Of a stretch of DNA of 64,000 nucleotides, positions 1-8,815 are shown one piece after another. The notes below the pieces were generated by a model that worked only from the letters and a program-made list of their open reading frames with translations, was not told the DNA's origin and ran no database searches. The first letter of the stretch is position 1. Each line of letters starts with the position of its first letter. A program made the position numbers and the translations under genes. Source of the stretch: Dehalococcoidia bacterium (GTDB taxonomy: Bacteria > Chloroflexota > Dehalococcoidia > Lucifugimonadales > UBA3495); assembly GCA_965262595.1 (NCBI GenBank), contig OZ253548.1, forward strand, positions 1,371,740 to 1,435,739. The letters run 5' to 3'.

Positions 1-1
1 A

Positions 2-559
2 GGGTTGCGGATACTGCGCCAGGAACCCTGGGAGTGCCTGGTGGCCTACATCTGTTCCGCCAACTCCAACATCAAGCGCATTCATCAGGTCCTGGAAAAT
101 ATAGCCGTCAGTTTCGGCGAACCAATTGAATTGGACGGCGACGTACGCCACTCTTTCCCTACCCCGGCCCAGTTGGTGGAGGCGGGAGATGCCGGACTGC
201 GGAGCCTGGGGCTGGGCTTTCGCGCGCCCTATGTTGACCAAGCCACCCGGGAAGTCTTGGAGGGTTCACTGAACCTGGAGGCCCTGGAGCGGCTGCCCTA
301 CGCCGCAGCAAAAGAGCGGCTGATGGAATGCACCGGCATCGGCCCGAAGATTGCCGACTGCATCGCCGTCTTCTCCCTGGACAAGCTAGAAGCCTTCCCC
401 ATTGACGTGTGGGTGCGCCGTGCCTTGGGAGAGTGGTATTTCCCCGGGGAAAAGACGCCCCCGGACCGGGAGCTGCTGGCCTGGGCGCAGGCTTATTTTG
501 GCCGATATGCCGGCTACGCCCAACAGTACCTGTTCCACGGGCGCCGGCTGGAAAAGTGA
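2..559 (+). CDS. ogg: 8-oxoguanine DNA glycosylase/lyase, HhH-GPD family (5' end outside window)
   Basis: The frame is open to the window edge. The helix-hairpin-helix GPD motif GIGPKIADCIAVF...PIDVWV has the catalytic Lys and Asp in the expected places. Confidence 0.75.
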   Translation, partial: GLRILRQEPWECLVAYICSANSNIKRIHQVLENIAVSFGEPIELDGDVRHSFPTPAQLVEAGDAGLRSLGLGFRAPYVDQATREVLEGSLNLEALERLPYAAAKERLMECTGIGPKIADCIAVFSLDKLEAFPIDVWVRRALGEWYFPGEKTPPDRELLAWAQAYFGRYAGYAQQYLFHGRRLEK

Positions 560-686
560 ATCGCTCCCGCCTAAAAACTTGGTACACCCGGAATCGTCCC
601 CAATTAAACGGCGAAACGGCCCCCCCTTGCCGCCCCCGGAACAAATGCATTTGATACTGTCTGCCACGGCGCGGCAACCCGAAATA

Positions 687-1724
687 TTACGGCCTTAACA
701 GCAGTTTGCCGAAGAAATTGGCGTCCTCCATGACTTGATGGGCGGTGGCTGCTTCGGACAGTGGGAATATCTGGTGGATCGCCGGGTGAATAACTCCCCG
801 GTTCAGCATCTCCACAATCTGCCGCATATCCTCCTTGCTCCCCATAAAGGTCCCGTAAATCTCTATCTGACGGGTGAACAGCAGCCCCAGGTGCAACTCC
901 GCCCGCAGCCCGGTAGTGGCTCCGCAAATAGTATATCGGCCGCCGGGCCGCAGCGAATTGAAGGCTCCGGTGAAGAAGTCGGCGCCTACGTGGTCCACCA
1001 CCACATCCGCTCCGACGCCGCCGGTCAGCGCTTTCACCCGTTCGGTTACGTCCTCTTCCTTGTAGTTGATTACCTCGTCGGCGCCAAGTTCCCGGGCCTT
1101 GGCCGCCTTTTCCTCGGTGCTGGTGGTGGCGATAACGCGAGCCCCCACCACGTTCTTCGCTACCTGGATGGCGGCGGTGCCCACACCGGCGGAAGCCGAC
1201 AGCACCAGCACCGTCTCCCAGGGCTGCAACTGGGCGCGGCGCACCATCATATTCCACACCGGCAGGAAAGTGGTGGGGATGGCTGCGGCATCCTCATAAG
1301 AAACGGGACCAGCGATAATGTGGGCGTTTACCGCCGGGACGACTACAAACTCGGCATAGCTGCCATCGGTGGCGCTGCCCATAAACCGGGAATTGGGGCA
1401 AAGATCGTCCCGTCCCGACATACAAACCGGGCATTGGTTGCAACTAATGCGAGGGTTGACTACCACCCGGTCGCCGGTCTTGAGCCCGCTCACCGCATCA
1501 CCCACCTGCACCACGTCACCGGCGCAGTCGCCGCCCAAAATCAGCGGCGGCGGAAACTCGCGGCGCAGACCCCGGCCTCCGGCCCGGGTGTAGAGGTCAA
1601 GACGGTTCAGGGCCGTGGCCCGTACCCGCACCTTGACCTGTTCGGGCTGGATTTCCGGTTCGGGCAACTCCCCAAAGTGAAGAACCTCCGGCCCGCCGTG
1701 GGCCTCAATATAAACTGCCTGCAT
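687..1724 (-). CDS. Zn-dependent alcohol dehydrogenase / quinone oxidoreductase (MDR superfamily)
   Basis: 345 aa with a GroES-like N-terminus and a Rossmann motif (SASAGVGTAAIQ) typical of the MDR family. Confidence 0.8.
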   Translation of the reverse strand: MQAVYIEAHGGPEVLHFGELPEPEIQPEQVKVRVRATALNRLDLYTRAGGRGLRREFPPPLILGGDCAGDVVQVGDAVSGLKTGDRVVVNPRISCNQCPVCMSGRDDLCPNSRFMGSATDGSYAEFVVVPAVNAHIIAGPVSYEDAAAIPTTFLPVWNMMVRRAQLQPWETVLVLSASAGVGTAAIQVAKNVVGARVIATTSTEEKAAKARELGADEVINYKEEDVTERVKALTGGVGADVVVDHVGADFFTGAFNSLRPGGRYTICGATTGLRAELHLGLLFTRQIEIYGTFMGSKEDMRQIVEMLNRGVIHPAIHQIFPLSEAATAHQVMEDANFFGKLLLRP

Positions 1725-1815
1725 AAATCGTCGTCTCCTTAACTATCCGACGCCAACAATCCGGTTGAAATCCAAGTGGATGATCAGATGATCAAATGGT
1801 CCTTATTCTCGGAAA

Positions 1816-2031
1816 CTAATCAGGGCGCCGGCCCTCGTAGCAATCATTACAGAGAAACACGATGGCCAATGCTTCCTCGTGGCTGGAAATCCGGCCGCAA
1901 TGGGGAATATCGCCGTCCTGGCTCCAGGGCTGGTGAAACTTGCCGCCGCACATCTGGCAGGAGGTCTGGTGAATGCCGTCCAGGGCGTCGCTACAGATAA
2001 TGCACGATTCCTGGTCCAAATCTTCAACCAT
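1816..2031 (-). CDS. small Cys-rich hypothetical protein (possible Zn-binding)
   Basis: 71 aa with CxxC-type pairs (CIIC, CQMC, CNDC). AGGTGA lies upstream of the ATG. Confidence 0.4.
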   Translation of the reverse strand: MVEDLDQESCIICSDALDGIHQTSCQMCGGKFHQPWSQDGDIPHCGRISSHEEALAIVFLCNDCYEGRRPD

Positions 2032-2148
2032 TACGTCACCTAACTCGTTTGATATGAAACCGCCGGAATGTGATCAGCTTGGGAGGCCACCCTTTTGGGC
2101 GCTCACCCTTCCCAGAACCGGCACGGACGAAGCGCAGAAAACTCCCGG

Positions 2149-3543
2149 CTACCCGATATCAGCATTCAATTGCTTTTGAACCCACCGCCGTTCCTCAGCT
2201 TCAGTAGTTGCCATTCCGTCCAACCGGGCAGTACGCAGTTCAGCCAGCAAATTACCCACCGCCGGGCCGGCAGACACACCCATTGCCAACAAGTCACGGC
2301 CCCTCAGCGCCGGTGTGATTTGCCTATATTCAACCCAGTACCGGCGCAGACTTCGACTTACCGTCGGTAATTCGGTCAGCCCGGCAACCACGGATGTAGC
2401 CTCCGGAGCCATCCCATCCAGAATATGGCAAAGCCGGGACGGGGCCGGCTTGTCGAATGCTATTTCCGTCTCCAAATCCCGCAATTTGATAGTGTCTCGA
2501 ACCACCTGCGCCCAGGGTCTGGGCATATTGAGCCGTCGAATCAGCCCTTCACCATCCCCCGCAGACCGGGGATAAGCCAGGGCGGCCAGCCAGGTCAACG
2601 GTTCAATGGGCAGCAGTTCAATGAGCAGCAGTTCTATAGGCAGCGGTTCCCTTTCAAGTTCGGTTTCCGGACCAATTCCTGTGGCGTTTTCGACGCTGCC
2701 TTCAGCCTGCCACTCCCCGACTCCCGCAACTAAAGCCGACCAGCGGCTCAAGTATTCGGCGCCTCCTAGAGCGGGATGGATGGCGGTCAGGATACCCAAA
2801 TCCGACGCCCGCCTCAGAATATCTCCCGGCCGCTCCTCTTCCAGGATTCGCGCCAACTCGTGGCGCAGCCGGTCGCCGCTAACCGTATCGGTAGCTGCCT
2901 GGGCCACGGCGGTCTGCACCTGGGCCGCCGTGTCCTCTTCCAGTTGAAAAGCCAACCGCTGCTCATACCTAACCGCCCGCAGCAGCCGGGTGGGGTCATC
3001 AGTAAAACTTTTGGAGTGCAGGGTGCGGATAACGCCGCGTCTCAGGTCCTCCAGCCCGCAATGACGGTCCAGAATGACCGAACTATCCTCCGTCAATTGC
3101 CAGGCCAGCGCGTTGACCGAAAAATCCCGGCGGGCCAAGTCTTCATCAATGGAGCCGGGAAAAACCTGGGGCAGGCTTCCCGGCCGGGGATATACTTCCC
3201 GGCGGGCGGTGACCAGGTCAACCCGCGCCTCGTCCAGAATGACCGTAGCGGTGCCAAACCTGGGATGGGTAACGACCCGGCCACCCGATTGCTCGGCCAG
3301 CCAACCGGCCACTTCCGGGGCTTTTCCCACAACTACAAAATCCAGGTCTTTTAGCGGGGAGTTCAAGAGAAGGTCGCGGACCGGCCCCCCAACCAAATAG
3401 ACCCGGATGGATTGGGAAGAGACGAGGCGGCGCAGGGCGTTAAACAAGAAGCGGTTACTGCCATCGAGGCGATTTTCGATAGCTTCCGGGGAGAATTGGC
3501 TCAGTTGGAAATTATCCGTGGGTAGCCTCATTCTGCTAAACAT
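2149..3543 (-). CDS. cca: CCA-adding tRNA nucleotidyltransferase / poly(A) polymerase family
   Basis: The N-terminal motif is LVGGPVRDLLL...DLDFVV. It carries an internal 15-nt tandem-repeat insertion (see findings). Confidence 0.75.
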   Translation of the reverse strand: MFSRMRLPTDNFQLSQFSPEAIENRLDGSNRFLFNALRRLVSSQSIRVYLVGGPVRDLLLNSPLKDLDFVVVGKAPEVAGWLAEQSGGRVVTHPRFGTATVILDEARVDLVTARREVYPRPGSLPQVFPGSIDEDLARRDFSVNALAWQLTEDSSVILDRHCGLEDLRRGVIRTLHSKSFTDDPTRLLRAVRYEQRLAFQLEEDTAAQVQTAVAQAATDTVSGDRLRHELARILEEERPGDILRRASDLGILTAIHPALGGAEYLSRWSALVAGVGEWQAEGSVENATGIGPETELEREPLPIELLLIELLPIEPLTWLAALAYPRSAGDGEGLIRRLNMPRPWAQVVRDTIKLRDLETEIAFDKPAPSRLCHILDGMAPEATSVVAGLTELPTVSRSLRRYWVEYRQITPALRGRDLLAMGVSAGPAVGNLLAELRTARLDGMATTEAEERRWVQKQLNADIG

Positions 3544-3675
3544 TATAGCATACGGCTACGTGATTAACGGGGTGAGTCATGCCGGCGGAACGGGCAACGA
3601 TTACCGGGGGTAAGGCAATAATTCGGTTGCGTTGGGCTGCTTTGCGATTGTCCCGGGCCGATTGGGCAGGTAGTC

Positions 3676-3716
3676 TTGGAGAATAGGCGCAGATATGCTA
3701 ATATTTGAGTACTCAA
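3676..3716 (+). promoter_or_regulatory. sigma70-like promoter (TTGGAG-17 nt-TAATAT) followed by the perfect 12-bp palindrome TTGAGTACTCAA
   Basis: -35 at 3676-3681 and -10 at 3699-3704 with an exact 17-nt spacer. The palindrome is at 3705-3716, then AGGAGG at 3719-3724 and ATG at 3732. Confidence 0.45.
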
Positions 3717-3731
3717 GCAGGAGGTGCCGCT

Positions 3732-4364
3732 ATGGCCGAATCTGATTTCAGAACCTATTACGACTTCCGTTGACCCTTCGTATATAACGCTGCCATGTGG
3801 CTGGCGAAGGTACGAGCAACCACCGGACAGGAAATTGACGTTGACTGGCAGCCTTTCTCCCTGGAGCAGGTGAACAGCGACAAGGGCGAGGACTTCAAGT
3901 ATTGGGAACAGCCGGGCGCCCTCGACGGCTCCGACAATACCCTCCTGGCTCACCGGGCGGGACTAGCCGCGAAGCGTCAGGGCAAAGAGTCCTTCGAGGC
4001 ATTTTTCATTGCCCTGTTGAAGCTGCGCCACGAAGACCGAAAGAGCCTGACCGAACCGGCAGTCATCGACGAAGCGGTCAACAACTCCGGTATTGATATG
4101 GCTCGCTTCCGGGAAGACCTGGCTGATCCCGACCTGCTGCGGGAGATTGGGGAAAGCCACACCATCGCGGTGGAGGAGCACGGCGCATTCGGCGTACCTA
4201 CTTATGTGTTCCCCAACGGCGCAACTGCCTTTGTTAAGATGCACATTCCTCCCGATGAAGCGGCCGGCGAGATTTACGAGTCGCTGACCCGGGTAATTAC
4301 CGGCGCACAGCACGTAGGCGAGCTCAAGCGCCCGTCGCCCCCGTGGCCCCACGGCATCATCTAG
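3732..4364 (+). CDS. DsbA-like thioredoxin-fold protein with in-frame TGA (candidate Sec) at codon 14
   Basis: The track ORF 3795..4364 extends in frame to ATG 3732, which has AGGAGG 7 nt upstream. The N-terminus reads MAESDFRTYYDFR-[TGA 3771-3773]-PFVYNAAMW, so the TGA falls at the DsbA-family active-site Cys position. Confidence 0.6.
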
Positions 4365-4385
4365 GGGAGCGGGCCAGGATTTGCT

Positions 4386-5273
4386 TTGGCAATCTCAGAT
4401 CTGGAATCCACCCTCGGACTGCGTTTCAAGAACCAGGGCCTGTTGCAACAGGCCCTGGTTCACCGTTCGTATCTCAACGAACAAGGCGGCTCTACTGTAG
4501 ATTCCTACGAGCGTATGGAGTTTCTGGGTGACGCCGTCCTGGAATTAGTCATTTCCACCGAACTCTATCGGTGCTTGCCCCAAGTTGCCGAAGGGGAGTT
4601 GACCAAAGGCCGGTCTGCCCTGGTTTGCCGCCCCAGCCTGGCAAAAGTGGCGCGGAGGCTGTATCTGGGAGACTACCTGTCCCTGGGCAAAGGCGAGAAA
4701 AGCGCCGGAGGCCAGCAGCGGGAGTCTATCCTGGAAGAGGCTTTTGAGGCTGTGGTGGCGGCGGTGTACCTGGACCAGGGATTCGAGGCGGCCCGCCAGT
4801 TCATCTTGCGAGCGTTAGAGCCGGAACTGGCCGAGTATTGCCGATTGGGAATACCGCCGGAAAATCCCAAGTCGCAGCTTCAGGAAACGATCCAGGGCCA
4901 GGGACGTTCCACTCCCCACTATCGGGTAATTTCCATGGAGGGGCCCGCCCACCAGCCGGTATTCACCGTGGATGTTTTGGTGGATGACGAATTTCTGGGA
5001 CGGGGCTCCGGAACCAAGAAGACGGATGCCGAGCGCGCCGCCGCCCAGGAAGCTCTGGCCCGGTATGAAACCGACTCGGAAGTGACTCCGGAGTCTGCCG
5101 GGGTTGTCTCCCCAGTAACTCCGGCCAAAGTTAAGCCGACCGGCCCAAGCGCTTCCCAAAACGATTCGGCCCTTCCGCCCGCCCCGGAAATTGTTTTGGA
5201 CACTATAGCCCCAGGGGCCACAGAACCGGCTTCCGATTCCCAAGAACTTAAGGACAGTGTCAGCGCCGAATAA
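4386..5273 (+). CDS. rnc: ribonuclease III
   Basis: It has the signature ERMEFLGDAVLELV and a dsRBD, plus a Pro/Ser-rich C-terminal tail. Confidence 0.9.
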   Translation: MAISDLESTLGLRFKNQGLLQQALVHRSYLNEQGGSTVDSYERMEFLGDAVLELVISTELYRCLPQVAEGELTKGRSALVCRPSLAKVARRLYLGDYLSLGKGEKSAGGQQRESILEEAFEAVVAAVYLDQGFEAARQFILRALEPELAEYCRLGIPPENPKSQLQETIQGQGRSTPHYRVISMEGPAHQPVFTVDVLVDDEFLGRGSGTKKTDAERAAAQEALARYETDSEVTPESAGVVSPVTPAKVKPTGPSASQNDSALPPAPEIVLDTIAPGATEPASDSQELKDSVSAE

Positions 5274-6229
5274 TGCTCTCATTCTTCCAACGCAACCGCG
5301 AGGCCAACCAACAGCGCACTACCGAAGGAGTTAAACGCAGCCGCGAACGCTGGTTCGGGCGCATCCTCGGCATCCTCCGCTCCTCAAACCTGAATGACGA
5401 CGTTTGGGAGGAATTGGAGGAAATCCTGATTTCCGCCGACGTGGGCGTGGAAACATCGCTGCGCATCATCAAAGAGATGAAAGCCCAGGTGCTGGCGGAG
5501 CGCATTGATGACGCGGAACAGGCCTTTGCCCGGCTGAAACAGACGTTGACCCGAGACCTGGAGGCCGGAGATTCCCCGGAAACCTGGCTCGATTCGGCGG
5601 CTGAATCAACTCCCTACGTCATTCTGATGGTGGGAGTCAACGGCGTCGGCAAGACTACCAGCATCGCCAAGCTGGCCCACCACTTCACCAAGGAAGGCAA
5701 GCGGGTAATCCTGGGAGCGGCGGATACTTTTCGCGCCGCCGCCGAAGAACAGTTGGAAATCCTCGGCAATCGGGCGGGCGTAGAAGTGATTAGCCACCAA
5801 CCCGGCTCCGACCCCGGGGCGGTAGCCTACGACGCCTATCAGGCCAGTAAGGCGCGGGGCGCCGACGTATTGATTGTGGACACTGCGGGGCGTCTGCATA
5901 CCCGGTCCAACTTGATGGAAGAGCTGAAGAAGGTGCACCGGGTCATCAGCCGGCTGGATTCGGCGGCGCCCCACCAGGTTATCCTGACTCTGGACGCCAC
6001 CACCGGCCACAACGGTCTGGCCCAGGCCCAGGCCTTTAAGGAAGCGGTGGGCTGCACCGGCATATTTTTGGCTAAACTGGATGGCACGGCAAGAGGCGGC
6101 ATTGTTCTGGCCATCAAACAGGAACTGCAAGTCCCCATCCTCTTTATCGGAACCGGGGAATCCCTGGACGACATGGCGCCCTTTGACGCCGGGCAGTTTG
6201 TTGATTCCCTGCTTGCCCCCACAGCCTGA
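5273..6229 (+). CDS. ftsY: signal recognition particle receptor FtsY
   Basis: SRP-GTPase motifs [20 protein letters not shown] and KLDG are present. The start overlaps the rnc stop (TAATG). Confidence 0.9.
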   Translation: MLSFFQRNREANQQRTTEGVKRSRERWFGRILGILRSSNLNDDVWEELEEILISADVGVETSLRIIKEMKAQVLAERIDDAEQAFARLKQTLTRDLEAGDSPETWLDSAAESTPYVILMVGVNGVGKTTSIAKLAHHFTKEGKRVILGAADTFRAAAEEQLEILGNRAGVEVISHQPGSDPGAVAYDAYQASKARGADVLIVDTAGRLHTRSNLMEELKKVHRVISRLDSAAPHQVILTLDATTGHNGLAQAQAFKEAVGCTGIFLAKLDGTARGGIVLAIKQELQVPILFIGTGESLDDMAPFDAGQFVDSLLAPTA

Positions 6230-6354
6230 GCGGTTCAAGCCGGCCTTTCGACTCCCCGCTAGTGCAACCCATGCCGCCAATTTCTCTTTTCTCTTCTTTC
6301 TGCTTCTTGCCTGGTTCTTGTCCCGCGCCTGCGGGCCGCTCCCCGAGATAGGTC

Positions 6355-8802
6355 GTGGTTGACCTGGTTGGCTGGCTGCTGGTTATAGAACTGATGGGCC
6401 TGGTGGCCTTCCCCTTAACCTTCGTCCTGTTTCGACGGCTGCCCGACCGGGGCTACACGGTGGCCAAGCCGTTGGCCTTGTTGCTGGCCGCCTACCTGCT
6501 CTGGCTGCTCGGTCTGACCCACCTGATTCCCAACGCTCCGGCGACCATCGTCGGCATCCTGATATTGGGCGCCGCGGTATCCGGCTGGCTATTCTATCGG
6601 AGCCGAAGGGAAATAGCGCAATTTGTAACCTCCCAATGGCGCATCCTGCTAACCGCCGAAGCAGTGTTCCTGGCCTTGTTCCTGGCCTGGGCTGGGCTGC
6701 TGTCCGAGTTTCCGGGTATCAACCACACCGAGCAGCCAATGGACTTTGCCTTTCTGAACGGCATCCTGCAGAGCCAATTCTTTCCTCCGGAAGACCCCTG
6801 GCTGGCCGGCCACCCCATCAGTTATTACTACTTCGGCCACTTTATGATGGCCCTGCCAATGCAGTTAGCCGGCATACCTTCCAATCTGGGCTACAATCTG
6901 GCCCTCTCGCTGGTCCCCGCCCTGGTTGGAATAGCGTCTTTTGGCCTGGCCTACAACCTGATACGCTTATCCGGGGGCAGCGGCAAGGCAGCAATTGGCT
7001 TTGGGTTGACCGCTCCGCTTTTGATAATGCTGATCGGCAATCTGGAAGGAGCAATGGAGTTCGTCCATTTGCGGGGTTGGGGCGGCGACGGCTTCTGGCA
7101 ATGGGTGGGCATCAAGGGACTGGAAGGCGGAGCAACCGGGGGTTCCGGCGTCTTCCCCGACGGCGGTTGGTGGTGGTGGCGGGCGACCCGGGTTATTGAC
7201 ACCCTGTCCGGCGGCCAAAGCCTGGACTACACCATTACCGAATTTCCATTTTTCAGCTTTATCCTGGGCGATTTGCACCCTCACATGATGAGCCTGCCCT
7301 TCCTGCTGCTGACTCTGTCGCTGGGACTGAACCTGTTTGTTTCGCCGGAACGGCCCGGGCTTGGTTGGCTGGTCCGGAATCCCTGGGCGGCAGGGGCCAT
7401 TGCCCTGTCCCTGGGAGCGCTGGCCTTTATCAACGCTTGGGACTTTCCGGTGTACGCCGCCCTATTCGGGGTGATGCTGCTGGTGAAATGGTACGGCTGC
7501 GAGTTGACCGGACCGGATAAATCCTTGACCTTGACCTCCAATTCCACCTTACTCCTAAACCGGGGAAAGGCCGCCCTGGGCAAAGCATTCCTCAATGTCG
7601 GACTGATGTTTACACCAATTCTGGCGGCGGCAATCTTATTATTTTTGCCCTTTTACCTGAGCCTGAGCAGCCAGGCAGCCGGTATTTTACCGACGCTGGC
7701 ATACCCAACCCGACCTTTTCTATTCTTTCTGGTAATGGGGCTGCCCTTCCTGCTGGGGCTGTCCTTCCTGCTTCGCCAACTGCCGGGACTGAAAAGGCCC
7801 GGCCCGGTGGACGGCGCAGCGATTCTGCTGGTCGGGATCGTTGTCCTGACTCCCCTGTTGCTGTGGGTGGCGCTGGCTCTTGCCTGGGGCAGCCTGACCA
7901 ACGGAATCGCTTCGACCTGGGGGCCGGTGGGCTGGCGAATTCTATTGACTCTGCCGGGATTGACCGTCACCGGCTTGGCCGGGTTCAGCGCGCTACAGCG
8001 AGCCGGAAGGGGCAATGACCCGGTCTTGGCTTTTCCCTTGCTGTTGCTGGCCACTGCCGCTTATCTGCTGGTGGGAGCGGAGCTGTTTTATCTGGCGGAC
8101 TTTTTTGGCAACCGGATGAATACCGTCTTCAAGGTCTATTACCAGGCTTGGTTGCTGCTGGGAATTGTGGGGAGTTTCGGGCTTTATTACTGGCATTCCC
8201 GCCGCCGCCATCCTGATTCCGGTCCCACTCGTACGTCGCGGTGGTCCTGGGGTCGGGTCGGCCACTGCGCCTGGGTAGGTGGCGCGGCCTTGCTGATCGC
8301 TGTGTCACTCTATTACCCGGTGGGGGCAGTCCTGGAACGTACCGGCTACTTCCAGCCGCGCCACACCCTGCGGGATAACACTCTGGACGGTCTGGCCTAC
8401 GTCCGGGAAAATGACCCGGCGGAGTACGCCGCTATCCTGTGGCTTCGGGACCGGGCGGCGCCCGCAAGGATAGTTGAGGCGGTGGGCGATGATTATTCAG
8501 ACTACAGCCGGGTATCCGCCGCTACCGGACGCCCCACGATACTGGGCTGGAAGGGGCACGAGCATCAATGGCGGGGAACCACCGCTCCCTTTGATGGACG
8601 CGAAGAGGACGTGGCCCGAATCTACGAAAGTGGTGACCCGGCAATGGTGCGGCAGTTACTGGAAAAGTATAATATCCGGTACGTGTACCTGGGTAGCCGC
8701 GAACGCGCCAAATACAATATAAACCGTTTGCCCGCATTGGACGGTTTACTGGAAATCGCTTTCGAGCAAGACGGCGTAATTATCTACGAGCTAGCCCACT
8801 AG
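6355..8802 (+). CDS. large polytopic membrane protein, Chlor_Arch_YYY (TIGR03662/DUF2298-like) family
   Basis: 815 aa and highly hydrophobic, with the diagnostic ISYYYFGH (YYYxG) motif. Confidence 0.8.
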   Translation: MVDLVGWLLVIELMGLVAFPLTFVLFRRLPDRGYTVAKPLALLLAAYLLWLLGLTHLIPNAPATIVGILILGAAVSGWLFYRSRREIAQFVTSQWRILLTAEAVFLALFLAWAGLLSEFPGINHTEQPMDFAFLNGILQSQFFPPEDPWLAGHPISYYYFGHFMMALPMQLAGIPSNLGYNLALSLVPALVGIASFGLAYNLIRLSGGSGKAAIGFGLTAPLLIMLIGNLEGAMEFVHLRGWGGDGFWQWVGIKGLEGGATGGSGVFPDGGWWWWRATRVIDTLSGGQSLDYTITEFPFFSFILGDLHPHMMSLPFLLLTLSLGLNLFVSPERPGLGWLVRNPWAAGAIALSLGALAFINAWDFPVYAALFGVMLLVKWYGCELTGPDKSLTLTSNSTLLLNRGKAALGKAFLNVGLMFTPILAAAILLFLPFYLSLSSQAAGILPTLAYPTRPFLFFLVMGLPFLLGLSFLLRQLPGLKRPGPVDGAAILLVGIVVLTPLLLWVALALAWGSLTNGIASTWGPVGWRILLTLPGLTVTGLAGFSALQRAGRGNDPVLAFPLLLLATAAYLLVGAELFYLADFFGNRMNTVFKVYYQAWLLLGIVGSFGLYYWHSRRRHPDSGPTRTSRWSWGRVGHCAWVGGAALLIAVSLYYPVGAVLERTGYFQPRHTLRDNTLDGLAYVRENDPAEYAAILWLRDRAAPARIVEAVGDDYSDYSRVSAATGRPTILGWKGHEHQWRGTTAPFDGREEDVARIYESGDPAMVRQLLEKYNIRYVYLGSRERAKYNINRLPALDGLLEIAFEQDGVIIYELAH

Positions 8803-8815
8803 AGAGCAACTGGAT

